Assembly: GCA_037142615.1 (NCBI GenBank)
Contig: JBAXAI010000014.1
Location: 1-64,000 of the forward strand
DNA: 64,000 bases
Reading direction: 5' to 3'
DNA from: Spirochaetales bacterium
GTDB lineage: Bacteria; Spirochaetota; Spirochaetia; JABEVK01
Every line of letters starts with the position of its first letter. Position 1 is the stretch's first letter. The position numbers were made by a program, and so were the translations under genes. Positions 1 to 7,533 of this stretch are shown one piece after another. The notes under the pieces are model-generated. The model saw only the letters and a list, made by a program, of their open reading frames with translations. It was not told where the DNA came from and searched no databases.

Positions 1-52
1 TGGGACAGCCTGCTCCCCTGGAACATCAACCAAGGGAAGAATTGACGGATAC
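1..52 (+). mobile_element. tnpC: Right end of IS66-family element (TnpC C-terminus plus terminal inverted repeat)
   Basis: Frame 1 reads WDSLLPWNINQGKN* (stop 43-45); LLPWN is the typical IS66 TnpC C-terminus. Bases 44-52 GACGGATAC read GTATCCGTC on the minus strand, like IS66 GTA-starting ends. Bases 53-60 TAAGGATC would be the 8-bp target duplication; the left copy is outside the window. Confidence 0.75.
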
Positions 53-388
53 TAAGGATCCTGGTTGTCGACGAAGACAAAAAGTTGCGCTGGGAACACC
101 TTCAAAACCGAACCCGCGCCCCACAGAGGGGGTAGCGCAAGACCCCGCAGGCTACGCCGAGGAGGCTGGAGCGAGGGGCAGGCGCCCCTTCTCAGCAACC
201 TGTTTGCAAGGGCGATGAGTCGGTTACACCACAACCGCTCACTGAGTTCGCTCCTGGACAATTCCCAGATCATTCAGAAGCTCCTCAAGAGCTAGGCGCT
301 CGACGTCGTGGTTGCTGGCGTATCCCTCGGCGACGTGGCAGTTGGTGAACCGGAGCAACTACGTGGCTTGGGTGGAATCGTAGGCGGG

Positions 389-703
389 CTATCGGAGCAT
401 TTTCCTAGCGTCGTCGATATTCACAAGGTCGCCAATGGCGTATTGATGCAGAAGGCTTGAGATAAGAGTCTGGTATCCGAGACCAGCGCGCAACGCACGC
501 TCTTTGATCATCAGAATGTCTTGCGCATCTAGCCTGATGGATACCATGGTCTTTCGTTCAGATACGACTTTGGGAGGTTTTGCCGCGGCAGCGACGAGCG
601 ATTCTCTGAGTTCTTCGGAAGCCGGGACAAACCCATCATAATGATCTTCGTACCATTGTTCTTCTGCATCCAATGTGCCCCCAAGGTTGACCTTGTCGCT
701 CAT
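389..703 (-). CDS. BrnA/CopG-like antitoxin (RHH C-terminus)
   Basis: MSDKVNL...KTMVSIRLDAQDILMIKERALRAGLGYQTLISSLLHQY. ATG at 703 overlaps the toxin stop (ATGA). Confidence 0.8.
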   Translation of the reverse strand: MSDKVNLGGTLDAEEQWYEDHYDGFVPASEELRESLVAAAAKPPKVVSERKTMVSIRLDAQDILMIKERALRAGLGYQTLISSLLHQYAIGDLVNIDDARKMLR

Positions 704-963
704 ATTCGATGCTCCTTCTTGGCCTTGCGGCTCGGAATGATGGTCTTGAGGAACCAATTTCCCTCATTGTCCAAAACCAGCGGCACCACGTGTGGGTAGT
801 CGTTGAGGCGAACGATGATCCTGTATTGACCGGGGCGAGACGGATTCGCCTCTGGCCCGACAAACCGACCGGCTTCGATCTCGGTTCTGACTTGCCAGAA
901 ACTTACGTTTCGCGTTTCGCGCAGGAGCGAGTCCTTTTCAGCGTCCCAGCCTAGTTCCACCAC
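700..963 (-). CDS. BrnT-like toxin
   Basis: LGWDAEKDSLLRETRNVSF...YPHVVPLV...FLKTIIPSRKA; toxin-first order with the coupled antitoxin. The start may be GTG at 960. Confidence 0.8.
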   Translation of the reverse strand: MVELGWDAEKDSLLRETRNVSFWQVRTEIEAGRFVGPEANPSRPGQYRIIVRLNDYPHVVPLVLDNEGNWFLKTIIPSRKAKKEHRI

Positions 964-995
964 ACAACATTATGCGGAGGTATTGATGTTGTCAA
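964..995 (-). promoter_or_regulatory. Sigma70 promoter with overlapping inverted-repeat operator for the BrnTA-like pair
   Basis: Minus strand: TTGACA (995-990), 17 nt, TAATGT (972-967). Inverted repeat ACAACAT (964-970) / ATGTTGT (986-992). Confidence 0.7.
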
Positions 996-1030
996 TACTT
1001 TGCGATGATGAAAAGCGCCTGAGGGCGTAC

Positions 1031-1159
1031 GGCGGCCAAGGACTTCACTGGGAGTCGCTGGACGAAGACCTTTCCGTCGAAGACATCTTGCTCGGCAATC
1101 CGGAGGTCTCCCTGACGACATGGAAGACCTCCAACTGTAGTCGAGCAAGGCGCTCTTGA
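1031..1159 (+). pseudogene. DUF2442-family antitoxin C-terminal remnant
   Basis: Translates GGQGLHWESLDEDLSVEDILLG, matching the DUF2442 G.HW..LDEDLSV..LL motif. The family N-terminus and the partner gene are absent. Confidence 0.6.
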
Positions 1160-1190
1160 CGACCACGGTAGGAGTTCCTACCGTGAGGGT
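1156..1190 (+). promoter_or_regulatory. Leaderless promoter with 22-bp palindromic operator
   Basis: TTGACG (1156-61), 17 nt, TACCGT (1179-84), 6 nt, ATG 1191. Palindrome CACGGTAGGAGTTCCTACCGTG at 1164-1185. Confidence 0.75.
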
Positions 1191-1493
1191 ATGACAACCA
1201 TCGTTTCGGAGAAGGGGCAGATCACGTTGCCCAAAGCCTTGCGAACAAGCTTGGGAATCCAGGCTGGATCCCAACTCGACGTTACCGAGGAAGATGGACA
1301 ACTGGTGCTGAAGAAGACCCCCTCGGACTCGGCGTTGTCGCGATGGAGTGGTCGTGGCCGCCCATGTGCAGGCCACGCCGATGCTCCGCTGGCCCGAGAT
1401 CTGGGTCACCTCCCTCGGGTCAGCTTCTCCACATCGGCGAGGTCCTGTAGTCGACCGCTGGCCCGTTTGTTCGCGATCAAGTCGTCCAGGTGA
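1191..1493 (+). CDS. AbrB/MazE/SpoVT antitoxin, probably truncated orphan
   Basis: MTTIVSEKGQITLPKALRTSLGIQAGSQLDVTEEDGQLVLKK. After about 1360 the frame runs into the convergent NTase gene; no cognate toxin follows. Confidence 0.7.
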   Translation: MTTIVSEKGQITLPKALRTSLGIQAGSQLDVTEEDGQLVLKKTPSDSALSRWSGRGRPCAGHADAPLARDLGHLPRVSFSTSARSCSRPLARLFAIKSSR

Positions 1494-1852
1494 ATGGTTG
1501 GGAGCACCAATCCATCGACTGGGATCTCCACGCGGCGGGCCCAGCATTCGCGAAACGAAACGCCGTCGATGTCGGTGAGCAAATCGATCCGCGAAGGGGG
1601 GTACCCCAATTGGATCACTTGCTGGGGCCTCTCGAAGTCGCGTTCTGAGAGTCCCAGCGATCCAAACCCAAACTGGCGCAGAGTTTCCATAATCTTGGAA
1701 GCGTTCTCGGGTGATGACCAGATCCAAAGATCGAGGTCACCGGTAAAGCGCGGGTGACCATGGCCGGCCATGGCATAGCCGCCGACCACCAGGTACTCAA
1801 CGCCCTGGTCGTGGAACAACCGCAACAACTCTTTGAAGTCGGGGTTCAGCAT
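1406..1852 (-). CDS. Nucleotidyltransferase-superfamily protein (AbiEii/DUF6036-like)
   Basis: MLNPDFKELL...YLVVGGYAMAGHGHPRFTGDLDLWI...NKRASGRLQDLADVEKL; GG and DxD motifs present. Confidence 0.85.
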   Translation of the reverse strand: MLNPDFKELLRLFHDQGVEYLVVGGYAMAGHGHPRFTGDLDLWIWSSPENASKIMETLRQFGFGSLGLSERDFERPQQVIQLGYPPSRIDLLTDIDGVSFRECWARRVEIPVDGLVLPTIHLDDLIANKRASGRLQDLADVEKLTRGR

Positions 1853-1991
1853 CGGGGTACTTCCATTGGATGTATTGCTGTCGCAGTCGTTCGACTTCGG
1901 ACACGCAATCGGTGGCCGACCAACCTGCGTAGGGATTGGCTTGTACCCCATGGAGCGGCTGAACTGTGACGTGCTTTGCGGGAGAGGCCAT
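1797..1991 (-). CDS. Small partner of the nucleotidyltransferase (putative antitoxin)
   Basis: ...VSEVERLRQQYIQWKYPDAEPRLQRVV, the kind of small gene found overlapping this NTase class. Extended -10 TGcTAAACT lies 5 nt before ATG 1991. Confidence 0.6.
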   Translation of the reverse strand: MASPAKHVTVQPLHGVQANPYAGWSATDCVSEVERLRQQYIQWKYPDAEPRLQRVVAVVPRPGR

Positions 1992-2046
1992 GGTACAGTT
2001 TAGCATGGGAGTTTCCCGCTGGGGAACTGCTCCGACGCCGTCCGCT

Positions 2047-2225
2047 CTAGTCTCCGCCCCCGCCGCCGCCATCATCGCCAACGACGAGTCGAGTGAGGCG
2101 AAAGTGAACGAGTCGGCAACCCCCTGCTGCGAGGCATCGCCCGCGCGTCCTTTGGCCCGCTGGACCACATACCAGACCGACCCGGCCGTGAAACCGACAA
2201 GTACCAGGAAAACCAGAAAACCCAT
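2047..2225 (-). pseudogene. Small single-TM protein with Gly-rich tail, apparently frameshifted
   Basis: GGAGG then ATG 2225, MGFLVFLVLVGFTAGSVWYVV. A GDDGGGGGGD* tail lies in a neighbouring frame ending at 2047. Confidence 0.35.
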
Positions 2226-2313
2226 GGATGCCTCCAGCAGATATTCTATGAATTTCGCCGCGAAGCTCAAGCAGAAGGCTTGATACCCCTGTCTGGTAGA
2301 GCAGGAGTCTCCT

Positions 2314-3192
2314 ATGCCAATGTCCCCGATGACCCATGACCGAGTGTTCCGTCATGTGTTTGGTGAGCCAGAGGGTTTGCCACTGTTGAAGAACCTCATC
2401 AATGCCTACCTTGAGTACGCCCAACTGCTCTTGGCCGTTTCGCTGGAGTTGGTCAACCCAGACCTCGGCCCAGAATCGGTTAGTGAGAAACGCACCGTTC
2501 TCGACGTCCTCGCGCAGGACGAGACAGGACGCAAGATCAATGTCGAGATCCAGACGAGCCGTAAACCCGCGTATCTTGAGCGCACTTTGTTCTCGTGGGC
2601 AAGACTGTACGGACGCCAGCTTCCGGTCGGCGACGACTACGAAAGCCTACGGCCGGTGGTGACGATCAACTTCGTCGAGTTCAACATGTTCCCTGGTTAC
2701 AATGCGATTCACCAGCTCAGGCTACCCGTCACGGACCACCTTGTGGTCTTTCACGTGGAACTGCTCAAGTTGCTGAAGAAACCTGACAGGGACTTGAATC
2801 TCGCCGAAGTTTGGGGCAAATTCCTAGAAAAGCCCCAGGAGGACTGGGGTTTGCAGGCACACGAAGCCGTCCAAGTGTTTCGGGCGGCACACGCCAGAAT
2901 GGAGGATTTTATGGCGCTGACTCCGGATGTAGTACGCGAAATCTTTGAGGAAAAGTATGAGCTCGACCAGCTCACGATGAAGAACCATGCGCGGCGCGAA
3001 GGCTTGGCCGAGGGCAGAGCCGAAGGCAAGGCGCAAGGCTTAGTCGAAGGTAGGGTCGAAGGGAGAGTCGAAGGGAGAGTCGAAGGGAGCCGCGAGGCAC
3101 TTGTTGGTGCGGCGCGGCGGATGCTGGCCGAGGGCCTGAGTCCGGAGCTGGTCTTTCGCGTCACCGGGCTCAAACCTGACGATTTGGCTTGA
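2314..3192 (+). CDS. Rpn-family PD-(D/E)XK nuclease (PDDEXK_2)
   Basis: PMTHDRVFRHVFG, LDVLAQDETGRKINVEIQ, C-terminal EG-repeats and ARRMLAEGLSPELVFRVTGL. Confidence 0.9.
   Translation: MPMSPMTHDRVFRHVFGEPEGLPLLKNLINAYLEYAQLLLAVSLELVNPDLGPESVSEKRTVLDVLAQDETGRKINVEIQTSRKPAYLERTLFSWARLYGRQLPVGDDYESLRPVVTINFVEFNMFPGYNAIHQLRLPVTDHLVVFHVELLKLLKKPDRDLNLAEVWGKFLEKPQEDWGLQAHEAVQVFRAAHARMEDFMALTPDVVREIFEEKYELDQLTMKNHARREGLAEGRAEGKAQGLVEGRVEGRVEGRVEGSREALVGAARRMLAEGLSPELVFRVTGLKPDDLA
2901..3192 (+). other. Internal RBS and in-frame start: predicted RpnS small antitoxin (93 aa)
   Basis: GGAGG at 2901-05, 5 nt, ATG 2911 in frame with 2314. Confidence 0.6.
3001..3084 (+). repeat. Seven degenerate 12-bp coding repeats (G-x-x-E/Q)
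   Basis: ggcttggccgag ggcagagccgaa ggcaaggcgcaa ggcttagtcgaa ggtagggtcgaa gggagagtcgaa gggagagtcgaa. Confidence 0.85.
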
Positions 3193-3204
3193 CGGAGATC
3201 GCCC

Positions 3205-3254
3205 TTGACCTAGCCTTTCAATAGAGACTAAGTTAATTAAACTAAGTCCGGAGG
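3205..3254 (+). promoter_or_regulatory. phd-vapC promoter, operator and RBS
   Basis: TTGACC at 3205-10, TAAGTT at 3229-34, near-palindrome GACTAAGTTAATTAAACTAAGTC (3226-3248), GGAGG at 3250-54. Confidence 0.6.
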
Positions 3255-3260
3255 CTATTC

Positions 3261-3497
3261 CTGCAAACCGTCAACATCCACTACGCCAAGACCCACCTGT
3301 CACGCCTGCTCGAAGACGTGGCTCAGGGCGAATCGCTGGTCATTGCCAAGGCCGGGGCGCCGGTCGCCCGCCTGATTCCCTATCAGCCCGACGAGGCGGT
3401 CGCTCAGCGGCGCTTGGGGTTCCTCGAAGGGCAATTCGCGGTGCCGGATGACTTTGATCGCATCGCCTCGCAGAACGCCGGGGAAGTTGCCCGATGA
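3261..3497 (+). CDS. Phd/YefM antitoxin with CTG start (missed by the ORF track)
   Basis: (CTG)QTVNIHYAKTHLSRLLEDVAQGESLVIAKAGAPVARLIP...LGFLEGQFAVPDDFD; the stop overlaps the vapC ATG. Confidence 0.85.
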   Translation: MQTVNIHYAKTHLSRLLEDVAQGESLVIAKAGAPVARLIPYQPDEAVAQRRLGFLEGQFAVPDDFDRIASQNAGEVAR

Positions 3498-3889
3498 GGC
3501 TCTTGCTCGACACCCACCTGCTGCTCCGTGCCGCCACCGACCCACTACGGTTATCGACGACAGCACGCCACCTGATCGACGACCCCGACAACCAGGTCGT
3601 GTTCAGCGCGGTCAGCTTTTGGGAACTGGCCGAGAAGCGAGGGGCCGGGCGCGAGGATTTGCACGTGAATGCCCGGTTATTGCGCCGGGGACTGCTCGAC
3701 AACGGCTACACCGAGTTCGCGTTGACGTCGCTTCACGTCCTGGAGCTCGAGTCCGTGCCGTTGCCCGGCGCGGTGACTGCTGACGACTTCGACCGGCTCT
3801 TGGTGGCACAAGCCAGGTCCGAAGGCCTGGTGCTCCTCACCAGCGACCCGCAGATGGCAGCGTTTGGCGATCCGGTGAGGCGTGTCTAG
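3494..3889 (+). CDS. vapC: VapC PIN-domain toxin
   Basis: MRLLLDTHLLL, SAVSFWE, FDRLLVAQARSEGLVLLTSD; acidic catalytic residues retained. Confidence 0.9.
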   Translation: MRLLLDTHLLLRAATDPLRLSTTARHLIDDPDNQVVFSAVSFWELAEKRGAGREDLHVNARLLRRGLLDNGYTEFALTSLHVLELESVPLPGAVTADDFDRLLVAQARSEGLVLLTSDPQMAAFGDPVRRV

Positions 3890-3924
3890 TTCCCCAAAAG
3901 GCGTTCTCCGGTTATTCTCAGCCC

Positions 3925-5319
3925 ATGCGTAGCTTGCGCACTCCCCAGAAACTGATTCTCGCGGTCGATGTCGGGACAACAGCCATGAAGGGCGGCCTGA
4001 TTTCGGCCGACGGCGAAATGATCGCCTACCACCGCGTCACCTACTGGGAAAAAACCAAGCAGGACTTTCACGCGTGGGACCCCCGGGTGTGGATCGAGGC
4101 TTTGCGCGAAATCGTCGCTTCGGTGGGCGGCTATCAGCGCATCTGCGCGGTGGCGGTTTCGGGACAGGGCCCGACCGTGATTCCCGTCGACGCGGACGGC
4201 AAGGTGCTGTTCTACGCCTTGTTGTGGATGGACAAGCGCAACCTCCGCCAAGAAGGAACGCGCAGCTTCTTCCTTCCCAAGATCGCCTGGTTCCGCGAAA
4301 ACCACCCTGACCTGTACGACAAAACCAAGTGGTTCCTCAGCTGCGCCGAGTTCCTGAACTTCTTTTTGACCGGAGAAGCCCGCACCATCACGCCCAGTCA
4401 GGAGTTCATTCCCTACATCTGGGGCGGAGAAGATTCCAAGGCCTATGGGCTCGACTTCACCAAGTTGCCGCCGTTTGCCACCATGGCCGAGGGAGTCGGC
4501 GAGGTAACCGAAGCGGCGTCGGCCTTCATCGGTATCCCGGCCGGGGTGCCCGTCGTGGCGGCCGGAAGCGACTTTCTGGTGGCCCTGCTGGGCGCCGGGG
4601 CTGTGGAACCGGGACGCATTTGCGACCGCGCGGGCACCAGCGAGGGGATCAACTACTGCTCAGCGACTTCGCTGGCCGACAAACGACTGCGGACGTTGCC
4701 GCACGCCATCGATGGTTTGTACAATATTTCGGGCATTCTCAGTTCGACGGGGCGTCTGTTTGAATGGATGCGCCGCATCACCGGGCAAGGGGAGCGCAGC
4801 TACCGCGAGATCCTGCAAGAGATCGAAAATCTGCCTCTCGACCGTTCGCGGCCGTACTTCTTTCCCAGCTTTGAGAAGAACGGCGACTTCGAGTTCGCCC
4901 GGGGCGGGTTCCTTGAACTTCACCCCGACCATACCCGCGATGACATGGGCCGGGCGGTGGTAGAGTCGATCGCCTTCGGCATTCGGCGGGTCCTCGAAGC
5001 GATGGAGGCGAACGGTTTGGCCATCGACGAGTTGCGCGTCACAGGTGGGCAGGCTCGCAACGTGATTTGGAACCAGCTCAAGGCCGACATCACCGGCAAG
5101 CGCATTCTGGTGCCCGAGATTGAGGACGCTGAACTGCTGGGCAGCGCGGCCTGCGCCTTGGTGTGGCAAAAAGAGTTCCGAGACTTGCGTGAAGCCAGCG
5201 AAGCGTTGGTGCGGGTTCGCGCGGTGTTCAACCCGCGGGCCGAACGCCTGGCGACCTACGAAGGCCTGTACCGGAACTACAGGGACTACCAGGCCAGCCC
5301 GGAGGCCCCTCGTGGCTGA
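3925..5319 (+). CDS. FGGY-family carbohydrate kinase (xylulokinase-like)
   Basis: AVDVGTTAMKG, AVSGQGP, AGTS, LRVTGGQARN..WNQLKADITG. Leaderless: TATTCT, 6 nt, ATG. Confidence 0.85.
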   Translation: MRSLRTPQKLILAVDVGTTAMKGGLISADGEMIAYHRVTYWEKTKQDFHAWDPRVWIEALREIVASVGGYQRICAVAVSGQGPTVIPVDADGKVLFYALLWMDKRNLRQEGTRSFFLPKIAWFRENHPDLYDKTKWFLSCAEFLNFFLTGEARTITPSQEFIPYIWGGEDSKAYGLDFTKLPPFATMAEGVGEVTEAASAFIGIPAGVPVVAAGSDFLVALLGAGAVEPGRICDRAGTSEGINYCSATSLADKRLRTLPHAIDGLYNISGILSSTGRLFEWMRRITGQGERSYREILQEIENLPLDRSRPYFFPSFEKNGDFEFARGGFLELHPDHTRDDMGRAVVESIAFGIRRVLEAMEANGLAIDELRVTGGQARNVIWNQLKADITGKRILVPEIEDAELLGSAACALVWQKEFRDLREASEALVRVRAVFNPRAERLATYEGLYRNYRDYQASPEAPRG

Positions 5320-7519
5320 ACGCATTTCCCCCCCGTCGTGGACTGAGTGGACCCGCAGTCCCAACGACCGCACGCCTCAGCGAAAAGTGTTCGACGACAT
5401 TTTGGGCGAGCTGCGAAAAGAAGGGCTGATCGAGGTCCGCGGCTCGCTTTTTGTTCACCTGGCCCGCTACTCCTATCTTCACGTCAAGAACGCTATGGTC
5501 GAGGTGGCGTCGTTCGTGGCCAGCGTACCAGACTCCATCTTTGGAACCACGCCGCCGGCCTACCGGATCACCGAGGTTGAGTCGGTACTCAAGATTCTGC
5601 AAGCGGCTGGTTTGGTGACCTTTCTCGAGAGCTTTGGGTCGTCCCCAACCAAGGTTCTGCTCACGGAACGGCTGGGCGCCGGCGAGGTGGCTCGGTCTCA
5701 GGTGGTGTACGCGGTGCAGAGCCATCTGCGCGAAGCCATCGCCGCCATGGAACCCGCGGCGGTTGCGACCCGGGCCTCGTCGTTTCCTACCGTCGACAGC
5801 GTGTCGAAGGCGACGGGAACGCTCCCCGAGCATCTGGCGCCCGGCGAGCTGTGCGTGCAGGTTCAGGATCGACCCGAGTCCAACGAGACAAACCCAAATC
5901 CCTTTGTGCAGGAAACCATCGACAAGTCGACGGCGCCCTTGGTTCTGCTTCAGTTTTGGCCGCTGCCCGACCCCCGCAAAGAAGCCGGTTCGTCGGCGGG
6001 TGACCCGGAGTTCTCGCTGTTGATTCCCGGCGACTTGAGCCTCGAGAATCTCGTCCGCAAGCTGTGCGTCCCTATTTTGGAAGAGTTCTTCAAGGGAGCC
6101 GGCAATCAGGACGAAGCCGCCGGCATCCAGGCCAAGTACGCCAGCTACATGCACAAGTACCGCGAGAAGTTCACGGCGTCGGGCGGTTTGCCTGCCAGCG
6201 ACCGCATCGACAAGGTTCTGTCCAGCGGCGACCCCGACGGCGAAGGCTTTGCCAACGCCGTCTACGTGGTGGTGCAGGTGGTCAAGCGCTCCAATCCGGT
6301 GGTGTACCAGGCCGCCCGTATCGCCTGGGCCCGGTGCATGGCGCTCCGCGTGGCCAAACGCAAGAGCGAGAAGGAATCTCAGGCCAAAACCCTCGATACC
6401 GGCCTCTTGGTTACGCGTCTGCGCGACAGTTCACGGCCCTTGGGCATTGAAGACCTCAAGCGAACGCCCGACAGCAGCAAAAAGAAAGAGATTGGCAGTA
6501 AGTACGCAACTCTGACTGACCTTCTGCCCATGGCTCCCGCCAAAGAAGGACAAAGGCCGCTGGTGTACGAGATCAAGGGAACGTTTGTGCACCGCGAAAA
6601 CCTCGTGCGGGCCTTTTTGGACCTTCGCGAGCGCGAGGCGTTGGCCCAGCAGGAGAGGCTCGCCCAAGCCTGGGCCCGCGAAGGCATCCCCGGTCCCGAG
6701 GGCGTCTTCTTGGCCGACAAGGACGTTTCGCCGCCGTTCTTCCGCGCTTTCGAGTTGGTTCACCAGGAGCGCCTGCTCGCCCCCACGATGGCCGATTTTG
6801 TGCGCGACTTTCTCCCGTCGGATCTCGACACTTCCGACTTGGTGCATTGGTTGTGGCCCGATGGGCGCAAGGGAAGTGCCGGCCCCGTCGAGATTGTGAA
6901 CCGCGGGCTCGATGTCGTGCTGTACGAAGACCGTGACCGGTTGCGTCGCCGCTCGCTGGCCGGCGTGCTGGGGCTTCCGCAGGTGTACCAGCAGATCGTC
7001 AAGGCGGCGTGGAACATCATTTTCATGGAAGAGGGCGTGTTCAGTTTCATCATCCGCAAGATCTTGGCGATGTTCGGTGCTAAGCAAAAACCGCTCAAGG
7101 AATCGAAAACGACCAAGGTCAAGAGCGGCTCGGATGGCAAAGGCGGCGCGGACGGCAGGGGCCAGGCGGCCGATCCGAGGGCACAGAAGGCGGCGGAGCT
7201 GAAGAAGCTGATCGAGCTGGTGCCGTTGGCCAAGGACAAGGCGGCGATTCTGGCCGAACGGGAGAAAAACGCCAGCCAGTGGTGTTTCAAGCTCGACAAA
7301 GAGGCGGCGCGACAAACCAAGCAGACGGTCGATGACGAGGTCACCCGGTACGCCAATCAGATCAAAATCGAGATGCTCACCGAGGAGAACTCGGCCAAGG
7401 TCGCCCTCTTTTTGGTCGACAAGAGTCCCACGCTCAAAGAAGTGACCAGCTCGAGGGCCTTCCACCGCTACCTGTACTTGACCGCGTTGCAGCGCCGCAC
7501 CGAGCTGCTTGCCAAGTAA
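5312..7519 (+). CDS. Large hypothetical protein (735 aa)
   Basis: Long ORF with coding-like codon usage; GGAGG precedes GTG 5312, which overlaps the kinase end. No family recognised. Confidence 0.75.
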   Translation: MAERISPPSWTEWTRSPNDRTPQRKVFDDILGELRKEGLIEVRGSLFVHLARYSYLHVKNAMVEVASFVASVPDSIFGTTPPAYRITEVESVLKILQAAGLVTFLESFGSSPTKVLLTERLGAGEVARSQVVYAVQSHLREAIAAMEPAAVATRASSFPTVDSVSKATGTLPEHLAPGELCVQVQDRPESNETNPNPFVQETIDKSTAPLVLLQFWPLPDPRKEAGSSAGDPEFSLLIPGDLSLENLVRKLCVPILEEFFKGAGNQDEAAGIQAKYASYMHKYREKFTASGGLPASDRIDKVLSSGDPDGEGFANAVYVVVQVVKRSNPVVYQAARIAWARCMALRVAKRKSEKESQAKTLDTGLLVTRLRDSSRPLGIEDLKRTPDSSKKKEIGSKYATLTDLLPMAPAKEGQRPLVYEIKGTFVHRENLVRAFLDLREREALAQQERLAQAWAREGIPGPEGVFLADKDVSPPFFRAFELVHQERLLAPTMADFVRDFLPSDLDTSDLVHWLWPDGRKGSAGPVEIVNRGLDVVLYEDRDRLRRRSLAGVLGLPQVYQQIVKAAWNIIFMEEGVFSFIIRKILAMFGAKQKPLKESKTTKVKSGSDGKGGADGRGQAADPRAQKAAELKKLIELVPLAKDKAAILAEREKNASQWCFKLDKEAARQTKQTVDDEVTRYANQIKIEMLTEENSAKVALFLVDKSPTLKEVTSSRAFHRYLYLTALQRRTELLAK

Positions 7520-7533
7520 GCGCCGACAGGGTT

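Noticed and set aside
240-251. 12-mer CACTGAGTTCGC shared with 62668-62679 as possible att sites
   Set aside because: 12-bp matches are expected by chance in 64 kb, and the enclosed DNA is core chromosome.
65-295. 76-aa ORF after the IS66 end
   Set aside because: No RBS or recognisable motif, and it overlaps hairpin-rich sequence.
986-1159. Intact 57-aa gene from GGAGG-ATG 986
   Set aside because: The first 15 codons overlap the opposite-strand promoter and do not resemble DUF2442; treated as a remnant.
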